From a bacterium (GTDB lineage Bacteria; UBP6; UBA1177), in NCBI GenBank assembly GCA_017963125.1, contig JAGCUA010000069.1:87723-151722 (forward strand): a stretch of 64,000 nt of DNA. Direction: 5' to 3'. This document shows positions 56,438 to 64,000 of this stretch, one piece after another. The notes beneath the pieces are model-generated. The model did not search any database, was not told the origin of the DNA, and saw nothing but the letters and a program-made list of their open reading frames with translations. The translations under genes were made by a program, and so were the position numbers. Every line of letters begins with the position of its first letter. The stretch's first letter is position 1.

Positions 56438-57775
56438 CTACCGCCGCTCACTCCAAAAAACTTTGTCATCTTTTAGATAATAAGTGTTTTCCTGAGTTTC
56501 GATAACAGAAAGGCATCCTTGTTCCAAACTTTCGTAGTTGATCAGATTTGGATAAGATTGAGACGATATTATCGTTTCCCCGGTTTTTGAGCTGTAGATT
56601 TCGCGCCTTCTGTTCCTGTATTTATATCCGGTGTCTTTACAAGTTTTATAATAAACTGTTCTTTCCTCAAGATTATTGAATTTTTCGCCCATTTTTTCTT
56701 TCCAGCAAATAAAATCACAATCACTTATTCCTGGGAGTCCGAAAGGTTCTTCTTCTATTTTTTCAATTTCTTCAATATGTCTTTTTTTTCCGGTCAAATC
56801 ATAAAATTCAGGTTCTCTTTCGTTATAAAAACTTACTTTGATGCTATTTTTATCCAAGTATTCAATTTTTCTTATGATATACTCACTTTCAAATCCGGCG
56901 ATTTTAATTCCGTCCAGATTGTAAATAAACAGGGTTTCTTCACTTATATGAAAAAAATCTCTGCCAGCCTGAATAAAATATTCGAGAAAAGAACTGTTTT
57001 TATTTTTTTTAAGCCATACGATATCGGCTAATTTGTCTTGGCATACAGGCAGATTGTAAACACCAATATTTTTCAATGTTTTTAATACCTGACCATTTTT
57101 TACAAAAGTTATGTTTCCGTCATTTTCCAGCAATTCCGTATTTTTGCAGCTTTCGACAAGTTCATCCTTTAAAACGCTTTTAACACTGAGTTTTTGTCCG
57201 GAATAGTCGGTGTAATACCGAACAGGCTCTCCTCGTTTTCGTGTTATGAGACCACCGAAAGCAAGGGCATTTCCGCCTGTTGAGTATTCTCGGAACATCA
57301 AATAGTCGTAATGTTTCCTGAAAGTTACAACTTTTTCTGTTGGGTTTTCCGTATATCTTGTCATGTATCTTTTATTGTTTTTGTCAATATAAAATTTCTC
57401 TTCTTTGTCTCCGTGTATTTCAGCGAGAGCCAGACCTTCATGAAAAAACCACGCAAAATCGAGATAAAAATCAATCACAACCTTTCCGGACTTGTCTATA
57501 AATCCGAATTTACCATTCTTCTCAACGCGGGCAAGTCCCTCGCTAAATTCAAGCGCAGAATCGTAAACAGGTTCAATGACAACTCTGCCGCATCCATCGA
57601 TAAATCCCATGTAGCCGTTTTGTTTTATCAGAAACCGCTGTTCCGTTTTTTCCTTGTTTGCGTAACAGGCATTGAGTTCGTCTTCCGTCATCCGCAAAAC
57701 GACATCTTTCTGATCTTCAGCTTGAAGATGCAAAACGAAAAACAATAAAATTGCTAAAAATATCAGTTTTTTCAT
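56438..57775 (-). CDS. secreted WG-repeat (KWG-type) protein
   Basis: Start MKKLIFLAILLFFVLHLQA; the track ORF is extended by 36 codons. Repeated G(Y/K)xGFID..GkvVI motifs. Clearly AT-richer than its neighbours. Confidence 0.75.
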   Translation of the reverse strand: MKKLIFLAILLFFVLHLQAEDQKDVVLRMTEDELNACYANKEKTEQRFLIKQNGYMGFIDGCGRVVIEPVYDSALEFSEGLARVEKNGKFGFIDKSGKVVIDFYLDFAWFFHEGLALAEIHGDKEEKFYIDKNNKRYMTRYTENPTEKVVTFRKHYDYLMFREYSTGGNALAFGGLITRKRGEPVRYYTDYSGQKLSVKSVLKDELVESCKNTELLENDGNITFVKNGQVLKTLKNIGVYNLPVCQDKLADIVWLKKNKNSSFLEYFIQAGRDFFHISEETLFIYNLDGIKIAGFESEYIIRKIEYLDKNSIKVSFYNEREPEFYDLTGKKRHIEEIEKIEEEPFGLPGISDCDFICWKEKMGEKFNNLEERTVYYKTCKDTGYKYRNRRREIYSSKTGETIISSQSYPNLINYESLEQGCLSVIETQENTYYLKDDKVFWSERR

Positions 57776-58045
57776 TCCAACAATCTTAAAAAGCACAAAA
57801 AACGTAATATTGTAAGGAGTTTGGCTGGAATGGCAAGGAAACGGATCTTTTGATCCGCACCGAGCAAATTTTGCGGACCGCAAACTTGTTTGTAAACTTC
57901 TTTACATTCAAGTTTTCAACTGTTAAGGAATCTGACATTCTTTTTTAGGTATGAATTATTTAGGATGAATCTGTGAAAAGAGACTAAAACTTATCAGTTT
58001 CAGTAATTATCTTAAAAACACTGTCGGGGAAATCATCGGGAAAGG

Positions 58046-58121
58046 TGGTGCCCAGGGACAGAATCGAACTGCCCACACGGGGATTTTCAGTCCCCTGCTC
58101 TACCGACTGAGCTACCTGGGC
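58046..58121 (-). tRNA. tRNA-Phe (anticodon GAA), CCA encoded
   Basis: Minus strand reads GCCCAGG-TA-GCTC-AGTCGGTA-GAGC-A-GGGGA-CTGAAAA-TCCCC-GTGTG-GGCAG-TTCGATT-CTGTC-CCTGGGC-A-CCA. Full cloverleaf, near-identical in the D and anticodon arms to E. coli tRNA-Phe. Confidence 0.95.
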
Positions 58122-58134
58122 ACCAACGGGCGGC

Positions 58135-58162
58135 ATAGTATCCAAATCGGTTTTGATGTCAA
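58135..58162 (-). promoter_or_regulatory. sigma70-type promoter of tRNA-Phe
   Basis: Minus strand reads TTGACA (58162-58157), a 16-nt spacer, then TACTAT (58140-58135). The -10 ends 13 nt upstream of the mature 5' end. Confidence 0.55.
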
Positions 58163-58234
58163 GAAAAATTTTCCGAAAAATTAATTTTACGAATTTTTCT
58201 GCTATTATCAGCCGTTTTTTTGGCGGAGGAAACG

Positions 58235-58708
58235 ATGACTTTGGATATAATTTTAGCGGTTTTTATTCTTCTTGCGATGGTTGCAGGATACCTCGGCGGC
58301 GGTTTTAAGGAGATCTTCAAACTCATAATCTTCGCCGTGATTTTTGCCGCATTTAAGATCCCTTCTCTTGAAAGCGCGGTGCAGGAACTCGCAGGGCCTA
58401 AATTCTACACGACTTTCTACATTGTCGCCTTCATTGCATCGTATTTTATCATCTACAAAGTCCTCTTTTTCGCTCTCCGCGACCTCATCAAAGAAAAGGA
58501 AGGAGCTCTCGGCGCAACAAACAAGACTCTCGGGATCATTTTCGGATTTTTCAAAGGTTTAGCCGTTATTTTCGTGATGATCTACATCTTTGATTCGCTT
58601 GTAAAACATAATATTTTCACCGAGTTGAAGCCTTACACCGAAGATTCAATACTTTATGCGGTCGTCAAGATAACTCTGGATAAAACCGGACTTTTATTCT
58701 TTCAGTAG
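58235..58708 (+). CDS. cvpA: CvpA-family membrane protein
   Basis: Start MTLDIILAVFILLAMVAGYLGGGFKE after GGAGG. Four TM helices typical of colicin V production protein family. Confidence 0.75.
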   Translation: MTLDIILAVFILLAMVAGYLGGGFKEIFKLIIFAVIFAAFKIPSLESAVQELAGPKFYTTFYIVAFIASYFIIYKVLFFALRDLIKEKEGALGATNKTLGIIFGFFKGLAVIFVMIYIFDSLVKHNIFTELKPYTEDSILYAVVKITLDKTGLLFFQ

Positions 58709-58716
58709 AGGTAGTT

Positions 58717-59886
58717 ATGCAGGAAATCGTCGTTCCGGTATCGGCTTTTGTCCGCGACCTTAAAAACGCGGTCGAAGGGGCTTTCGGGTTTGTCGCGCTG
58801 AGAGGCGAAATAAGCAATCTGACACGCGCCTATTCAGGGCACATCTACTTCACCTTGAAGGATAATGACGCCCAGATAAAGTGCGCCCTTTTCAAAAACC
58901 AGCAGAAAATGAACCGCGTCGAAATCAAAAACGACGCCGAATACGTTGTTTACGGCAGGATCTCGGTTTACGAGCCGAGGACAGAGATCACCCTTGTCGC
59001 CTCGCTCGTCGTTCCTTTCGGCGAAGGCTTAGCGGCGATGCAGCTCAAAATGCTAAAGGAAAAGCTCCAGAAAGAGGGAGTTTTCGATGCAATTCACAAA
59101 AAACCGCTTCCCGAATATCCCGCTACGATCGGCGTAGTCACGGCTGAAAGCGGAGCCGCGATACACGACATAATCAGAGTTTCAAGAAAGCGTTTTCCCG
59201 CAGCGGAAATCGTTCTATCGCCCGCATTGGTCCAGGGCAAAGAGGCTCCCTCAAGCATAATAGCGGCATTTGAAAGACTTTCAAAACTTGATGAAATCGA
59301 AGTCATAATCGTAGGTCGCGGCGGCGGTTCGAAAGAGGATCTCGAGCCATTCAACTCCGAAGAACTGGCACGTGCCGTAATAAAGTGCGAAAAACCGGTC
59401 GTAAGCGCGGTAGGACACGAAACAGATTCGACAATACTTGATCTTGCGGCAAGTTTCTCCGTCGCCACACCGAGCGCGGCGGCGGAACTCATATTCCCCG
59501 ACAGCTCCGAAATAACGCAGAACATCGACCATTCGCTCAATCTCATGAAAAAACAGACCGAAAACATCCTTTTCTCGAAATTCATGCGCCTCGACAACCT
59601 CACACTGTCGCTCAAAAATCCGAAAGAGATCATAAACGATATCCTTCACCGCACCGAAAAGCTGATGTTCCGCGCCGAAACCACGCTGAAAGAACTTCTG
59701 AATAGAAAAAACGCAGAGCTTTCGGAACTCGAAAAGCAGCTTGAAATGGTGAACCCGCTCTCCCCGCTGCAAAGAGGCTTCGCCATCGTTTCGCAAAACG
59801 GAAAAACCGTCAAAAAGAGTGTTGAATTAAGCACAAAATCGCCTTTTGAAATAAGATTCGGCGACGGAAAAGTAAAAATCGACTAA
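58717..59886 (+). CDS. xseA: exodeoxyribonuclease VII large subunit
   Basis: LRGEISNLTRAYSGHIYFTLKD OB-fold N-terminus and GRGGGSKEDLEPFNSE motif. No xseB follows. Confidence 0.92.
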   Translation: MQEIVVPVSAFVRDLKNAVEGAFGFVALRGEISNLTRAYSGHIYFTLKDNDAQIKCALFKNQQKMNRVEIKNDAEYVVYGRISVYEPRTEITLVASLVVPFGEGLAAMQLKMLKEKLQKEGVFDAIHKKPLPEYPATIGVVTAESGAAIHDIIRVSRKRFPAAEIVLSPALVQGKEAPSSIIAAFERLSKLDEIEVIIVGRGGGSKEDLEPFNSEELARAVIKCEKPVVSAVGHETDSTILDLAASFSVATPSAAAELIFPDSSEITQNIDHSLNLMKKQTENILFSKFMRLDNLTLSLKNPKEIINDILHRTEKLMFRAETTLKELLNRKNAELSELEKQLEMVNPLSPLQRGFAIVSQNGKTVKKSVELSTKSPFEIRFGDGKVKID

Positions 59887-59996
59887 AAACTCTCTTCCGG
59901 CACAGCTCTTTAAATTTAATTGAAGGAAAAAATTCATTTAAAAAATTTTCTCAATATAATCGCCTGTCACTGCTTTTTCATTTTGAGGTTGGAAAG

Positions 59997-62030
59997 TTGT
60001 ATAACAGCAGGATCCGCGGCATCGGACTTCTTCTTGTTTTTGTTTTTCTGTTAGTTGCTGCAGTAGTAGGAATTATAGTTTATTCGGGTCAGGAAACGAC
60101 CAATTTCCAGGGTTTCGCCGAGTCTAACGAAACGATGATCAACACCGAAATCCCTGTAAGCATCAAACGAGTGCTCGTAATGGAAGGCGACACTGTTTCA
60201 AAAGGGCAGAAACTCGCAGAACTTGAAAGTCAGGAACTTGCGCTCAGGATCGCAGACATACGCACGCAGATCCTTCAGCTCGAAGCGAAAAAGGGGCTGA
60301 GCAAGGCTGAAATAAAATCGAAGATCCTGCAGAACAAAGCGCAGGAACGCGCCGTTATAAGCGAACTTGATTCGCAGATAAACACTCTCGAAAACCAGCT
60401 CAGGATCAACAGGGAACTTTCGGGCGGGCTCAAAAGCGTAAAGATAAAACGCAGCGATTCGGCTAAGAACCCGATCGAGATCCAGATCGAAACACTGAAA
60501 TCCGCAAAAGAAGAACGCAGAAAAGAGTTTGCCGAAACCAACAGAATGTACACCAGGATGCTTGCTGAAGGTGATGCTCCGGAAACTATAGAGACTCAGA
60601 AACTCACCGAAGAGCTTGAATCCCTTGAACAGAAAAATGCCGATATGGCGCTTTACGCTCCGTTTGAAGGGATCGTCGGCAGCGTATTCACAAAAAACGG
60701 CAACGGCGAAAGAGTCTTTCTTAAAGGCGGCGAAAAAGTTGAGGCTTACTCGCCGGTAATGTCGATAATCAACAAGGAACCCTCTTTCGTCAAAGGCTAC
60801 ATTCCGGAATCGCACTTCTCGGCGATAAAGATCGGCGAAACCGTCACGATAACTTCGGCAAACAACCGTAATCCGGTAACCGGCGTCGTAACGGGACTCG
60901 GCGGCAGAATAATCCCGCTTCCGATAAGACTTCTGAAAAACCACAACATACCGCTCTGGGGAAGAGAGATCGTTGTAAAAATACCGGAAAACAACGGCTT
61001 CATTCTCGGTGAAAAGGTGGATATCGCCTACGGCGGAAATGCATTGAACAATATTGCCGAAATGATGTTTTCCATCACCCATTCAAAACTCTCTGCAAAA
61101 GAAACAGATAAAAAAAAACTGAATAAATCACGGCAGAACGCGGTAGAGACGTTTCATGAAACGTCTCTACGGAATGACGGCGTGGAAAATGACCGGAATG
61201 TCACGTCAATACAGTGGGACGGCAAAGTAAAAATCGAGGCGTCTGGCGCTGTTTTTGTTCCTGAAACGGGAAAATTTCTCGTTGTTTCAGACGAAACTGA
61301 AAAGAAAACCCCGCTTCTTTTCGAAGTCGGCAAAAACGGCGAAACGAAGACGATCAGCATAAACGATTTCAATAAAATCAATGACTTGGAATCAATAGCA
61401 AAAGAAAAAGAAAACACTTACCTCATAATGTCGTCACTCAGTTACTCCAAAAAAGGAAAACTCAAACCCGAAAGAAGGATCCTTGCGAGAACAACCTTCT
61501 CAGATGGAGCTGCACATCTTGAAAAATCGGTCGATTTTTATGAAATTCTTAGAGAGTTCGCCGAAAAATCTACTTCGGAAGCAGCAATATTTCTCAAAAA
61601 AGGCATCGCTGAAAAATCAATAGATGTCGAAGGGATGTTCGTTCTCGGAGACTCGCTTTTCATTGCTTTCAAAAATCCGCTTTTCAATGAAAACGGCGTT
61701 ATCTTTGAAATAAGCAGCTACGAAACCATTTTTACTGAGAAAAAAATCTCTGAAAGCCAGCTCAAAACGATATTTGTCGATGTTCCAGAGGAAAGAAGAA
61801 TTTCTGATATTTACATGCTTTCCACGGATAAATTCTACTACACTGCTTCCTGCAACAGCGAAAAATGCGGCGGATTCTACCGCTTCGAAAACGGAAAAAG
61901 CGAACTTGTAAAAGACTTTCCGGAACTGAAACCAGAAGGGATCGCGGTCGATGACGGCGGAAACTTCTTCATTTTCTTCGACCTCGGGCAGCAGGAAAAC
62001 TCAAAATTCATGAATTTAGGCAGAATATGA
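59997..62030 (+). CDS. HlyD-type periplasmic adaptor (membrane fusion protein) fused to a C-terminal beta-propeller-like domain
   Basis: TTG start after GAGGT. N-terminal TM helix, split lipoyl-like halves (VMEGDTVSKGQKLAELE / YAPFEGIVGSVF), long coiled coil, then a beta-barrel ending about residue 365. After a linker come about 290 aa with repeated motifs EASGAVFVPETGKFLVVSDE, DVEGMFVLGDSLFIAFKNP, PEGIAVDDGGNFFIFFD. These resemble DUF3616 / SdiA-regulated / phytase-like propellers (low-confidence family call). Confidence 0.7.
   Translation: MYNSRIRGIGLLLVFVFLLVAAVVGIIVYSGQETTNFQGFAESNETMINTEIPVSIKRVLVMEGDTVSKGQKLAELESQELALRIADIRTQILQLEAKKGLSKAEIKSKILQNKAQERAVISELDSQINTLENQLRINRELSGGLKSVKIKRSDSAKNPIEIQIETLKSAKEERRKEFAETNRMYTRMLAEGDAPETIETQKLTEELESLEQKNADMALYAPFEGIVGSVFTKNGNGERVFLKGGEKVEAYSPVMSIINKEPSFVKGYIPESHFSAIKIGETVTITSANNRNPVTGVVTGLGGRIIPLPIRLLKNHNIPLWGREIVVKIPENNGFILGEKVDIAYGGNALNNIAEMMFSITHSKLSAKETDKKKLNKSRQNAVETFHETSLRNDGVENDRNVTSIQWDGKVKIEASGAVFVPETGKFLVVSDETEKKTPLLFEVGKNGETKTISINDFNKINDLESIAKEKENTYLIMSSLSYSKKGKLKPERRILARTTFSDGAAHLEKSVDFYEILREFAEKSTSEAAIFLKKGIAEKSIDVEGMFVLGDSLFIAFKNPLFNENGVIFEISSYETIFTEKKISESQLKTIFVDVPEERRISDIYMLSTDKFYYTASCNSEKCGGFYRFENGKSELVKDFPELKPEGIAVDDGGNFFIFFDLGQQENSKFMNLGRI
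61110..61170 (+). other. A9 homopolymer plus a 28-bp perfect palindrome at the adaptor/propeller domain junction
   Basis: A9 at 61110-61118 (codons AAA AAA AAA). One frame reaches TGA at 61120-61122 and the other TAA at 61124-61126. Palindrome GTAGAGACGTTTCA|TGAAACGTCTCTAC at 61143-61170. Confidence 0.9.
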
Positions 62031-63262
62031 AAAGATTACTGCCGATTTTCCTCATCATCTTCCTTCCGCTTCTCTCTTTTTGTGAAGATCTCACAATCAG
62101 CGATTTTTTAGAATCGGCTGTGAACGATCCGAGGCTCAAAAACAGTAAGGAGATCCACGATGCTTTCGACAAAGGCGGCGATACTCCGGTAGTGAAAGAA
62201 CTTGAATTCAGGACTGAAACGGGAAATTTCGAGATCGAGGAACAGACTTACGAACTGCGGCTTCATTTCAGGGGTTTCGGCGAGACGAAACACTCGAGAG
62301 AGTTTGTGAAAAATTCAAAAAACATTCTGAAAACACAGTCAAGACTCCTTCTTTCCGAAGTTTTTCATGAAAAATTCTCTTCGGTGCTGACTTACATCAG
62401 AAACAAAAAGGAACTCGCTCTTCTTGATTCTCTCAGAGAGATACTTGAAGACAAGATAAAAGTCCTCGGAAAGATGGGAGCTTACTCCGACAAGATCACA
62501 GATGTCGATATTCTTGAAATAGAAGACAAGATCACAGACATCGAAATGAAAAAAACAGAGCTTGAATCGGAACTCGAAGCCGTGCTGGCAGAGATAAAAG
62601 CAGTCACAGGAAAAGATGCCCAACCGGCATTCGACCGTGAAAAGATAATCTCTGTCGGTGAAATCAAAAGTTTCGCAGATTCCCTCGATCCCGAAAGCGC
62701 GAATTCGAAGGCTCTCGACGACCTTCACAGACAGAAAATGCTCATCACGCAGAGCGAGATCGCGCTCGAAGAAGCTAAAGACCGCAACTGGTTCAACTAT
62801 GTTTCGCTGCAGTTCGACACGGATGACCGCAATCAGAAGCCTTCACGCGGCTTTTCGTTAGGTTTTTCGATATCGATACCGGGATTCAAGAGCAATCAGA
62901 ACTCGATCCTCAAAAAACGGCTGAAATCAATAAACGACGATTCCGACTTCTATGCCGAAAAACGCCTTAACGAAACACTCGTCACAAGCAGTATCCTCAT
63001 GCTCAGAAGAAAGATCAGACAGCATGAACTCATGGTCGAAAAGAGAGAAAAAGAGAAAGAAAGCGGGATCCTCGCGAAGTATTCGTCACTTGACGGTGTC
63101 AATCCGATGATAATACTCAAACTCAAGGAAAGAATGGTGAAACAGGAGATCAAAACGGCTGAACTCGAAGCCGAAATATATGCGCTTTACATCGATCTCT
63201 GCCGGCTCACCGGAGTTTTCGAGGAAGAATCGGGCAAAAATTCGCTTTACGGAACAAAATAA
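62027..63262 (+). CDS. TolC/OEP-like outer-membrane factor (weak call)
   Basis: ATGA overlap with the upstream gene. Signal peptide MKRLLPIFLIIFLPLLSFC. N-terminal LTISDFLESAVNDPRLKNSKE resembles the start of OEP repeats. Long helical heptad regions, 411 aa. Confidence 0.5.
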   Translation: MKRLLPIFLIIFLPLLSFCEDLTISDFLESAVNDPRLKNSKEIHDAFDKGGDTPVVKELEFRTETGNFEIEEQTYELRLHFRGFGETKHSREFVKNSKNILKTQSRLLLSEVFHEKFSSVLTYIRNKKELALLDSLREILEDKIKVLGKMGAYSDKITDVDILEIEDKITDIEMKKTELESELEAVLAEIKAVTGKDAQPAFDREKIISVGEIKSFADSLDPESANSKALDDLHRQKMLITQSEIALEEAKDRNWFNYVSLQFDTDDRNQKPSRGFSLGFSISIPGFKSNQNSILKKRLKSINDDSDFYAEKRLNETLVTSSILMLRRKIRQHELMVEKREKEKESGILAKYSSLDGVNPMIILKLKERMVKQEIKTAELEAEIYALYIDLCRLTGVFEEESGKNSLYGTK

Positions 63263-64000
63263 TGGCAGCTGTAACTCAAGTCGAAATCCCAACGGTACTG
63301 CAACGCTTCGAGTACAAATATCTCATTCCTAAAGAAATGATAAAGCCTATCTCGGAGTTCGTTAAGATCTACTGCTATCTCGACAAATACTCAGAAATAT
63401 CGCCGACAAAATTCTACAGGATAAACAACGTTTACTTCGACACCCCTTTTTACACTTTTCTGAACAACAGGCTCGAGAAGAAGGAAAACCGCTTCAACAT
63501 GAGAATACGTTCTTACGGCGAAAATCCGGTCCCGCCCTACTTCTGGGAAGTAAAGTGCAAATTCGGTGAAAACAAGCAGAAATACAGAGTGAAAGTGAAA
63601 TCAGAAGAAATCGAAAAAATTTTTTATATGACAAAAGCTTCAGTAGAGCTCGGTCTCAAGGGAAACGATGCAAAAAACATGGATCTCTTTCAGTCTTTAG
63701 CCCTTTCCTACAATGCGCAGCCGCAGATTTTGACTCAATACGACCGAATGGCGTGGATAAGCGAAACCGACGAATACGCCAGAGCTACTTTCGATGCGAA
63801 TCTTCAGTGCTGCGAAGAACATTATTTCAATGTAAGACCGGCTCCTGAAAGAATGGAGAGCTATGACACCACCTCTATCTTCGGTCCGCAGGCGCAGTGC
63901 GTTCTCGAGCTTAAGGGACAGGTTTCCAATCTTCCGCTCTGGATGGTGGACCTCGTTCAGAAATTTGATTTGAAAAAAGCCGCTTTCTCAAAATTCAGAT
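63262..64000 (+). CDS. VTC-domain (CYTH-like polyphosphate polymerase domain) protein, C-terminus cut by the window end
   Basis: Absent from the track because it has no stop in the window. ATG shares one base with the upstream TAA (TAATG). QRFEYKYLIP..., YRINNVYFDTP, NMRIRSYG, WEVKCK, ILTQYDRMAW, ARATFDANL, VLELKG, AAFSKF follow the bacterial VTC-domain pattern. Frame is open to 64000. Confidence 0.75.
   Translation, partial: MAAVTQVEIPTVLQRFEYKYLIPKEMIKPISEFVKIYCYLDKYSEISPTKFYRINNVYFDTPFYTFLNNRLEKKENRFNMRIRSYGENPVPPYFWEVKCKFGENKQKYRVKVKSEEIEKIFYMTKASVELGLKGNDAKNMDLFQSLALSYNAQPQILTQYDRMAWISETDEYARATFDANLQCCEEHYFNVRPAPERMESYDTTSIFGPQAQCVLELKGQVSNLPLWMVDLVQKFDLKKAAFSKFR

Noticed and set aside
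56438-58121. Prophage or integrative element inserted at tRNA-Phe.
   Set aside because: No integrase, excisionase or phage genes are present. I found no direct repeat of the tRNA 3' end by eye. Only the compositional anomaly is reported.
60198-61082. 294-aa minus-strand ORF opposite the HlyD-type adaptor gene.
   Set aside because: It is an antisense shadow of the coiled-coil-encoding region. It has no motifs or ribosome-binding site, and the plus-strand product has a complete adaptor architecture.

Overview
64 kb of densely packed bacterial chromosome, about 70 genes, with intergenic gaps mostly under 150 bp. All family calls come from reading motifs in the translations; I ran no BLAST or HMM search. 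Lipoboxes, MlaE, Wza-like and TolC-like genes suggest a diderm organism, and HydF, a membrane pyrophosphatase and a radical-SAM protein suggest an anaerobe. I cannot assign a phylum. Housekeeping genes dominate: serS, groES/groEL, purQ, alaS, pepF, ogt, radA, rsgA, ribF, fmt, lpdA, ffh, rpsP, rimM, aroQ, xseA, cvpA, hppA and one tRNA-Phe(GAA). There are no transposases, integrases, CRISPR arrays or rRNA genes. Several accessory or odd loci sit among them:
- (1) At the right edge, a translationally coupled operon encodes a HlyD-type adaptor fused to a beta-propeller-like domain, then a TolC-like protein, then a VTC/CYTH polyphosphate-polymerase-domain protein cut by the window end. No classical inner-membrane pump is visible. 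This is my best candidate for an undescribed trans-envelope system.
- (2) Inside that fusion gene, exactly at the domain junction, an A9 tract has stop codons in both alternative frames. A 28-bp perfect palindrome lies 24 nt downstream.
- (3) A lipoprotein serpin gene is bracketed by 29-bp perfect direct repeats that carry a promoter. It sits between alaS and pepF.
- (4) lpdA is flanked by about 75-bp composite inverted repeats: GC-stem hairpins carrying the same 12-mer, plus CGTCGTCAC motifs.
- (5) A MlaE permease is coupled to a P-loop-less, motif-degenerate ABC ATPase remnant.
- (6) A nucleotidyltransferase (MNT) gene is paired with a 59-codon HEPN remnant.
- (7) One polypeptide combines an acyl-AMP ligase, a carrier domain and a PlsC acyltransferase.
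- (8) An orphan hydF sits in a mixed operon.
- (9) An AT-rich WG-repeat gene lies next to tRNA-Phe.
- (10) A half-size GlgA-like gene.
A recurrent short leader (-10 hexamer, GC clamp, T-run, GGAGG) precedes many genes. Many long ORFs in the track are antisense shadows of real genes and are rejected.
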